From assembly GCA_038861545.1 (NCBI GenBank), contig JAWCCZ010000006.1:12079-76078 (forward strand): a DNA stretch of 64,000 bases, in the 5' to 3' direction. The notes under the pieces were generated by a model that ran no database searches, was not told where the DNA came from, and worked only from the letters and a program-made list of their open reading frames with translations. The translations under genes were made by a program, and so were the position numbers. The DNA is from Thermofilaceae archaeon (lineage in GTDB: Archaea; Thermoproteota; Thermoprotei; Thermofilales; Thermofilaceae). This document shows positions 57,973-64,000 of the stretch, one piece after another; position 1 is the stretch's first letter, and each line of letters opens with the position of its first letter.

Positions 57973-58707
57973 GTGAAATTGAGGGACCTCTCAAATGCTC
58001 TACAACGTTATGCAAGACAAATTTCCTTTTGGGGGCTTGAATCTCAGGAGAAGCTGGCGTCTTCAACTGTTCTTGTTGCAGGGCTTGGAGGTTTAGGGTC
58101 TGCAGTTACACTGTACTTAGTAGCCGCCGGCGTTGGCAGGCTGATACTAGTGGACAGCGATAGCGTATCGCTCAGCGACCTCAATAGGCAGGTGCTTCAT
58201 TGGACGAGAGATATTGGCAGGATGAAAGTGGACTCAGCTGCAGAGAAGCTGCACGAACTAAATCCTGGAGTTGAAATCGAGCGCATGAAAGCCAGCTTTA
58301 AACCTACCTCTAAGATGAGGGAGTTGGTTAGAGCCTCTGCCGTTGTAGTCGACTGTCTGGATAACTGGAAGAGCAGGTTAGCGCTGAATGAGGTATGCGT
58401 AAAACTCGGTAAATCTCTCGTACATGCATCAATCGAAGGTATGCAGGGACACTTAACTGTAGTGGCGCCTGGAACACCATGTCTAAAATGCATTTTTAAA
58501 AACCCGCCGGACAAGGCCTCTGTCCCCGTAATAGCCCCCATAGCCGGGATTCTTGGCGCAGCTGAAGCCCTTGAAACGTTAAAGCTGATTACGGGATATG
58601 GAAAACCGCTTACAGGTAAATTGCTAGTTTACGACGGTTTCTCAAACACTGTTGAAGTATTTGAAGCAGAGAAAAGGTTTAACTGCCCAGTATGTAGCCG
58701 AAGGTAG
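57973..58707 (+). CDS. ThiF/MoeB/HesA family E1-like adenylyltransferase
   Basis: RYARQ, GLGGLG, SDLNRQ, CLDN, CLKC, CPVC. Confidence 0.93.
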   Translation: MKLRDLSNALQRYARQISFWGLESQEKLASSTVLVAGLGGLGSAVTLYLVAAGVGRLILVDSDSVSLSDLNRQVLHWTRDIGRMKVDSAAEKLHELNPGVEIERMKASFKPTSKMRELVRASAVVVDCLDNWKSRLALNEVCVKLGKSLVHASIEGMQGHLTVVAPGTPCLKCIFKNPPDKASVPVIAPIAGILGAAEALETLKLITGYGKPLTGKLLVYDGFSNTVEVFEAEKRFNCPVCSRR

Positions 58708-58827
58708 ACACGCACGCTAAAGTGGGAAAGCGCCTAAGTGTACCAGAGCCTTTGCTAGCTTTCCTAGCGAAGTTCGCTACTTTTCTCTAGGGAAAAACTG
58801 TTATCTGGTAGTGTACCTACATAGCCC

Positions 58828-59421
58828 GTGGTGACAAAAGCTACGGTTCTCGATGCTTCGAAGAATTTGGCGAAGTTAGCACTAGGTGAGAGTTTCAGTC
58901 ACGGTTACCCTCATGTGGTGAGAGTTCTGCGCTACGCACGCCTAATTGCAAACGAGGTTACGAACGTAGACGTGCTGCTGCTGGAGCTCACAGTATACCT
59001 TCACGACGTGGGTAGAGCTTTAGGGGAGCCGCACGCTTACTATTCAGCTCTGATAGCGAAGGCTTTCTTAGAGGAGTTTAACATGGATTCCAACTTCTTG
59101 GAACTAGTAGCTAACGCTATCGAGTACCACAGTTTCAGCTACGCTAAGCTGAATAAGGTAGAACCAAAAAGTGTAGAAGCAATGATCCTAAGTGACGCTG
59201 ATAAGCTGGACGCTTTAGGCGTAGTGGGTTTCCTAAGGGCTTTCCACCACGGTTGGGAGAAAGGGCGAAGCCTAGAGGAAACGCTGCTCCATTTTGACGA
59301 GAAGTTATTCAGGCTAAAAGAATTGCTGCACTACGAATGCTCAAGGAAGATAGCGGAAAAGTTGGAGCAGAGGATGCAGACAATTTTGGTTTGGCTCGAA
59401 GAAGAGATTCATACTTTATAA
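58828..59421 (+). CDS. HD-domain phosphohydrolase
   Basis: SHGYPHVVRV, LHDVG, YHSFS, DADKLDALG. Confidence 0.92.
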   Translation: MVTKATVLDASKNLAKLALGESFSHGYPHVVRVLRYARLIANEVTNVDVLLLELTVYLHDVGRALGEPHAYYSALIAKAFLEEFNMDSNFLELVANAIEYHSFSYAKLNKVEPKSVEAMILSDADKLDALGVVGFLRAFHHGWEKGRSLEETLLHFDEKLFRLKELLHYECSRKIAEKLEQRMQTILVWLEEEIHTL

Positions 59422-59474
59422 CCAGTTTTTCTCAGCGGATAAAGTAAAAAATATTTTTGAGTCAGACCCCTTTC

Positions 59475-60509
59475 TTATTTCCTATGCTTCAGTAGCACGA
59501 TTGCTGCCAGTGCAATCACTACTATTACTGCTATGATTATGATTGCAAGCTCTATCGGGAAGCCTGGAGCGGGCGCCTCAGGCGGTGTCGGCGGTGACGG
59601 TTGCTCGGGCGGCGCCGCACCGACGGATAGGTCAACCTCTATCGGTTTACCAGTAAGAGAGGCGGCCGAACAGTCAAAAGCCTCGTTCGGCATGTAGTCA
59701 GCCCAGTCGCATGCACCGAAAGCTTCGCCAGGGTCACCGGGTCTCTGCGGCTCGAAAACGTGAGGCCACGTGCCCCAGTTCCCAGTTGGTTCTCCCGGCT
59801 TCGCTGTCGCAATAAAGACGTAGACTTTGCCTAGCTTTGTCCCCAGCTTATCTTCTAGGAATGCTCGGCTTATCCTTATCTCGAAGGCGTTATGCTGAAG
59901 GTCTACACCAAAGCTTCCAATATCTCCGCTTACGGACGTGCCGGACCAGTCGGCCCATTGTAACCACGGTGATCCGTAACCACCTTCAACGGAGCAGCCA
60001 GCATCGAACTGCACGTTGAAGTGCCAAGCATAGTTTTCAAAGCTCATTTCAGCGGCAGCCGCGGCGCCTGATTGGGAGGCAGCTTTGCTATCGGGTATGT
60101 GAAAATAGATATGGTATTGGCTTATATTTGGATACGTGGCACACTGGTCACCAATACATTTCTGGCTAACCAAACACCATTCGGGGTAGAGTTGGACGAC
60201 ATCGAGCCTTATGTAGATATAGTTTTCATCAGCATAAAAGTATATGGCTTTTAGATCCCTACACTTATCGTTAGCCTCGACCTTATCTTGGGGCTCTGCC
60301 GTGGAACCCACCCCCACTATGGAGTAGTCCTTTGACCAAGCCATAGTGTCGCCGACTTCGTCAGTATACGCTGGGTTAATGCCAGCGGCATCCCAATCGC
60401 TTATATCACCGTCTATGTTAATTTCCGGCTTAGTCAGCACAGTGTAAGCAGTTAATAGGCAAACTAGAATCACCGCGAAAAGTAGTCCGGTAGTTTTCCT
60501 AGCCTTCAC
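59475..60509 (-). CDS. Secreted, Cys-rich DOMON/CBM9-like surface protein with a Pro-rich linker and PGF(P)-TM anchor
   Basis: Signal peptide, INIDGDISDW, DLKAIYFYADENYIYIRLD, FEIRI, PPEQPSPPTPPEAPAPGFP-TM-KHRK. Confidence 0.65.
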   Translation of the reverse strand: MKARKTTGLLFAVILVCLLTAYTVLTKPEINIDGDISDWDAAGINPAYTDEVGDTMAWSKDYSIVGVGSTAEPQDKVEANDKCRDLKAIYFYADENYIYIRLDVVQLYPEWCLVSQKCIGDQCATYPNISQYHIYFHIPDSKAASQSGAAAAAEMSFENYAWHFNVQFDAGCSVEGGYGSPWLQWADWSGTSVSGDIGSFGVDLQHNAFEIRISRAFLEDKLGTKLGKVYVFIATAKPGEPTGNWGTWPHVFEPQRPGDPGEAFGACDWADYMPNEAFDCSAASLTGKPIEVDLSVGAAPPEQPSPPTPPEAPAPGFPIELAIIIIAVIVVIALAAIVLLKHRK

Positions 60510-60619
60510 GGATGTTATGGGATTTTATAAATATTTAAGTGTTGCTCAGCAATTAAATATATAGGAAACTCCTCAAAGTCGGTAGTTTGCTTTATAAAGT
60601 GCCGCGAGTTCAGCTCGTC

Positions 60620-61315
60620 GTGCCGCCTCAAGAACCTTGGAGACTTCCGGTGCCTTGGATGCTTCACATAGCTTTTCCTCTCCTAGTAGTAGAGCTTGCA
60701 GGGCTCGTAGCACTGCTGGTTTTATGTCTCTACCTCTTCAAAGCGTACCGTGTTACTTCCTCAAGACTTTTCGCCTACTTTTTCCTAGGTTTCACTGTAC
60801 TAGGCGCGGGCGAGATAGCACGCTCAATCTTGCTTCTAGCGGCCGCGTTGTCAAGAGCCCGGCTCTTGATAGAGTTTTTCCTTATTCATGTAGCCGGAGG
60901 GCTCCCCCAGCTCTGTGAGACAATAGCCTTAATTCTAATAGCCTTGGGATATGCCAGAGAAATCACCGGAAAGGCCTCTGAACTTGCTTTCATTATTCCA
61001 GGAGCAGGTAAAGAAATAATAATTCAAATTTTACCTAGAGATTTACGGGGGCCGCTATTTTTCGCCGCATCAGCTGTAAATATGGTTCTGCTAACCTTTA
61101 TCACGATAAGCTCTTTCGCAGTATACTCCCATTCTAGGAAGGACGTTGCTCTGCTACCAGCCGTCGCGTTTTTACTGATGCTCCTATCAAACATGATCCT
61201 TATTCCATCTCTACTGATGCTCAACGAGCTGTTATTCCTGTTGTCCAAGCTTTTCCACCTGGCAGGCTTGCTTTCGCTGCTAGCGTTAACCTTTAAGGTG
61301 ATTGGCACGCAATGA
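60620..61315 (+). CDS. 6-7 TM membrane protein, putative sensor
   Basis: Hydrophobic helices with FKAYRVT...FFLGF. Start moved to GTG 60620, 21 nt after TTTATAAA 60591-98; overlaps the wHTH gene. Confidence 0.6.
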   Translation: MPPQEPWRLPVPWMLHIAFPLLVVELAGLVALLVLCLYLFKAYRVTSSRLFAYFFLGFTVLGAGEIARSILLLAAALSRARLLIEFFLIHVAGGLPQLCETIALILIALGYAREITGKASELAFIIPGAGKEIIIQILPRDLRGPLFFAASAVNMVLLTFITISSFAVYSHSRKDVALLPAVAFLLMLLSNMILIPSLLMLNELLFLLSKLFHLAGLLSLLALTFKVIGTQ

Positions 61316-61581
61316 GAAGGCGCTCCAAGCTCAGGATACTAGCGGATATTATACAAACTGTCGAAAAAGGCGAGTCTAACGTAACCAAGATTATGCTGGA
61401 GGCCAACCTGCCGTACACTAGGCTCACAAGATACTTAGAGGAGCTAGAGGGGAAAGGCATGCTGGTAAGAGTCGAGGAAGGGCGCGAAGTCAAGTACAGG
61501 TTGACGAGAAAGGGTAGAGAGTTCCTTAAGGAGTTTAGAAGACTGCAAGCTATTGCCGAAGCCTTCGGCGTAGAGGTTTAA
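61312..61581 (+). CDS. Winged helix-turn-helix regulator (COG3432-like)
   Basis: RRRSKLRILADI, TKIMLEANL, YRLTRKGREFL. Confidence 0.9.
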   Translation: MRRRSKLRILADIIQTVEKGESNVTKIMLEANLPYTRLTRYLEELEGKGMLVRVEEGREVKYRLTRKGREFLKEFRRLQAIAEAFGVEV

Positions 61582-61644
61582 GCTTAAACATCGATGGACT
61601 ATAGGTTCATAAACATCTTAAAATCTATTCACTTGGGTAAGTTC

Positions 61645-63405
61645 ATGAAAGCCGCAGAGATATGGAAAAGCTTGATAATTTCCTTATTAGTCACAACTCT
61701 TTTACCACAGGTTTTCTGTGAAATCAAAGCTAGTGGAGGGATAGCTGGGGTAACCGGAATTATCGTAGATCCTGAAGGGAATCCAATTCCAGGGGTAAAG
61801 GTTGTAGCTTACGGTTCAGGCAATTTAGTCGCAACTCAGGCTTACAGTACAGCGCAAGGTGGGTTTTACTTACAGTTACCCACAGACACCAGCAACACCT
61901 ATACACTGAAATTCAGCAAACCAGGCTACGTAGAGAAAACAATCACAATTACAGTTAGCAAGGACACGCTCTCGGCAAGCATAGGCGAAGTAATGCTCGA
62001 TTACAGCATAGCGATTTCCATGCCAATAATATCGGTTCAAATCCCCGTGTTAGGCTCGGTAACTTTGCCTGTATCCATAGCTAATAGGGGCTCGGCCCCG
62101 GAAGAGGTTTCATTAACAGTTATGGATCCATGTGGCTTGAATGCCAGCTTTTACTCCGGTAGCTTTCAAGTGAGCACCTTAAGGCTAAATCCAAGCGACT
62201 CTCAGAGCTTAACTCTAGAGATTAAAGCTCCTTTCACAGCCCCTCCAAGCTGCACCCTAAGGGTTCTCTTTAACGGAACAATTCCGAGAGAGAAAACCGT
62301 AGACGTAACTGTGAAGAAAACCAGTCTAAACCTGATCTCCGCCCAATTGACTTCCATCCAATGCACACCCGGTTCAGTTATCCAGCTGCCACTGAGTATA
62401 ACTAACGCGCTAAAGGAGAGCATTAAGGCTAAGGTATTAATCGATCTACCTGACGATTGGAAGGCTAGCGTCTCAAGCTCAACCGGTGGTTTAATCGGGG
62501 AAGTGTACTTACAACCGAATAACGCTCTCCAGGCTACCTTGCAAATTAACGTGCCTAGGGAAACCCTGCCTAAAACCTATACTGTAACCGTAGTTTTAGA
62601 TGGTATTCAACCCATGCTGCGTGACTCATTTACGCTGAGCATTGTTGTCACGAGCGGCTCACCGCTAATTCGTTTAACTCCTTTAACTCCGCATGTAGAC
62701 ACGTATGCTGGTAAGAGCGGTAGCTTCAGGTTCGAGCTAGTTAACTTAGGGGATGCTGACTGCCTAGTAGGGTTTAACGTAACAGGACTGCCGGAGGGTT
62801 ACAGGTGGACTATAACTGATCTTCAGGGTAATGCGGTATCGCAAGTTTACCTAAAGGCCGGAGGCAGTTCTGAGTTAAGCCTATCTGTTAGCGTGCCACC
62901 GTTAGCGGAGCCCAGTGTAGCCACTTTCGTATTGAAAGCCTTCACGAAGGAGTCTAACGATGAGGCGGCTCTTAGTTTAGGTGTGCTCGGAAGATACGAG
63001 CTCAGCTTTGTAACGCAAAGCTTCTATTTAGAGATGAACCCTGGATCCAGCGAAGTGTTTAACGTTCAAGTCAAGAACACTGGTTATAGTTTATTGACCA
63101 ATGTTGCTCTCAGCTTGGTAAGCACGCCTAGCGGTTTTTCAGTGGATGTTAACCCTACTCGTATACTTTTACTGAAACCAGGTGAAACTGCTACTTTCAC
63201 TGTAAGTTTAGCAGCAGATGCCACGGTCGACACCGGCGATTATTACTTATCTTTCATGGTTAAAACCGATCAAACAGATGCGCTAAGCCGAGATTTGCAT
63301 GTATACGTTAAACCGACGAGCAGCATAGTTTATATCGCCCTAGCTGTAATTACTATTTTAATGGCTGTAGTGATAATAGTGTATAGGAGATTCGGCAGAA
63401 GGTGA
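61645..63405 (+). CDS. COG1470-type surface protein: carboxypeptidase-regulatory-like plus NEW3 (Ig-like) domains, C-terminal TM
   Basis: DPEGNPIPGVKV, PGY, repeated N.G / LP.GW / LKPGE motifs, TM plus RRFGRR; start likely ATG 61645. Confidence 0.82.
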   Translation: MKAAEIWKSLIISLLVTTLLPQVFCEIKASGGIAGVTGIIVDPEGNPIPGVKVVAYGSGNLVATQAYSTAQGGFYLQLPTDTSNTYTLKFSKPGYVEKTITITVSKDTLSASIGEVMLDYSIAISMPIISVQIPVLGSVTLPVSIANRGSAPEEVSLTVMDPCGLNASFYSGSFQVSTLRLNPSDSQSLTLEIKAPFTAPPSCTLRVLFNGTIPREKTVDVTVKKTSLNLISAQLTSIQCTPGSVIQLPLSITNALKESIKAKVLIDLPDDWKASVSSSTGGLIGEVYLQPNNALQATLQINVPRETLPKTYTVTVVLDGIQPMLRDSFTLSIVVTSGSPLIRLTPLTPHVDTYAGKSGSFRFELVNLGDADCLVGFNVTGLPEGYRWTITDLQGNAVSQVYLKAGGSSELSLSVSVPPLAEPSVATFVLKAFTKESNDEAALSLGVLGRYELSFVTQSFYLEMNPGSSEVFNVQVKNTGYSLLTNVALSLVSTPSGFSVDVNPTRILLLKPGETATFTVSLAADATVDTGDYYLSFMVKTDQTDALSRDLHVYVKPTSSIVYIALAVITILMAVVIIVYRRFGRR

Positions 63406-63410
63406 GAACT

Positions 63411-64000
63411 ATGGTAGAGTACGTAGTTGAAACAGAGGGGCTAGTAAAAATTTATCGCGATAGATCTGGTGAAGTTAAAGCGCTTGACGGCGTTGATATG
63501 AAGGTTCCCCAAGGTGTTATGTTCGGACTTTTTGGCCCGAACGGTAGCGGGAAAACCACTCTAATATCTATACTAGTAGGCCTACAGCTTCCCACGAGCG
63601 GCACAGCTAGGGTGCTGGGTTTCGATTGTATACGTGAATCAATAGAAATTAGAAAACGGCTTGGACTACTTCCCGAAAACTACGGGTTCTATGAATACAT
63701 GACAGCTTACGAGAATCTTGAGTACTTTGGGAGGCTAGATGGTATAGCTGAAAACGAGCTCAAACAGAAAATACGCGAAGTCCTTGAAATAGTTGGGTTA
63801 AACGAGTGGGCTAACGCGAAGGTGAAAGGTTTTTCAAGGGGTATGACTCAAAGGCTTGCCCTAGCGCAGGCTTTACTAAAGGATCCACTTTTACTCATAC
63901 TGGACGAGCCGACGTTAGGATTGGATCCGCAGGGTACCGCCATGTTCAAGGACCTTATGGAAAAACTCGTTAAAAACGGGAAAACAGTCCTTATATCCAC
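63411..64000 (+). CDS. ABC-2-type transporter ATP-binding protein, 5' part; runs off the right edge
   Basis: Not in ORF track. MVEYVVETEGLVKIY, GPNGSGKTT, FSRGMTQR, LDEPTLGLDP. Confidence 0.93.
   Translation, partial: MVEYVVETEGLVKIYRDRSGEVKALDGVDMKVPQGVMFGLFGPNGSGKTTLISILVGLQLPTSGTARVLGFDCIRESIEIRKRLGLLPENYGFYEYMTAYENLEYFGRLDGIAENELKQKIREVLEIVGLNEWANAKVKGFSRGMTQRLALAQALLKDPLLLILDEPTLGLDPQGTAMFKDLMEKLVKNGKTVLIS

Noticed and set aside
58765-58779. Palindrome TAGCGAA-G-TTCGCTA, and TTTAAGT-AAA-ACTTAAA at 35395-35411
   Set aside because: Isolated 7-bp arms are expected by chance in 64 kb, and no second copy was noticed
140-62423. Numerous 60-135 aa ORFs antisense to, or out of frame within, longer genes (for example 140..379, 11341..11616, 18814..19221, 37963..38367, 51876..52256)
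   Set aside because: They are shadows of well-supported genes, with no motifs or promoters of their own
1-64000. CRISPR arrays, cas genes, tRNA/rRNA, transposases, integrases
   Set aside because: No spaced repeat arrays, cloverleaf or rRNA-like GC-rich tracts, or recombinase motifs were recognised by eye; tRNAscan-SE and Infernal would be needed to exclude small RNAs fully

Overview
Archaeal chromosomal window, densely coding. The mostly leaderless genes with TATA boxes about 21-24 nt upstream, the archaeal LeuRS, the AbrB-PhoU fusion and the C/D-box sRNAs point to a Thermoproteota (Thermofilaceae-like) host; this assignment is an inference. Housekeeping and transport genes (type IV pilus-type ATPase, hypD, amino-acid ABC transporter, galT, leuS, Thg1-like protein, ECF transporters, sfsA, ThiF/MoeB) are interleaved with a large catabolic accessory region (about 14-46 kb). 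The standout is a 10.3-kb four-gene envelope module at 21278-31607. It encodes a membrane-anchored IgGFc-binding-like repeat protein, a DUF6785/6784 OPT-like transporter, a 1540-aa fusion of a catalytically altered M28 peptidase fold to a MacB/FtsX-type permease, and a second OPT-like transporter. No ATPase is adjacent. It is surrounded by four Gfo/Idh/MocA dehydrogenases, two xylose-isomerase-like TIM barrels, two URO-D-like proteins and other small-molecule enzymes, which suggests an uncharacterised capture-import-catabolism system. Items absent or incomplete in the ORF track: two C/D-box sRNAs, a decayed VapBC pair, a DUF488 pseudogene, two window-edge partial genes, a patchy identity tract between tandem thioredoxin-CcdA paralogs, codon patches with strong A/C or G/T skew, and several candidate operators. 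No rRNA, tRNA, CRISPR array or transposase was recognised. Family assignments come from motif recognition, not database searches.
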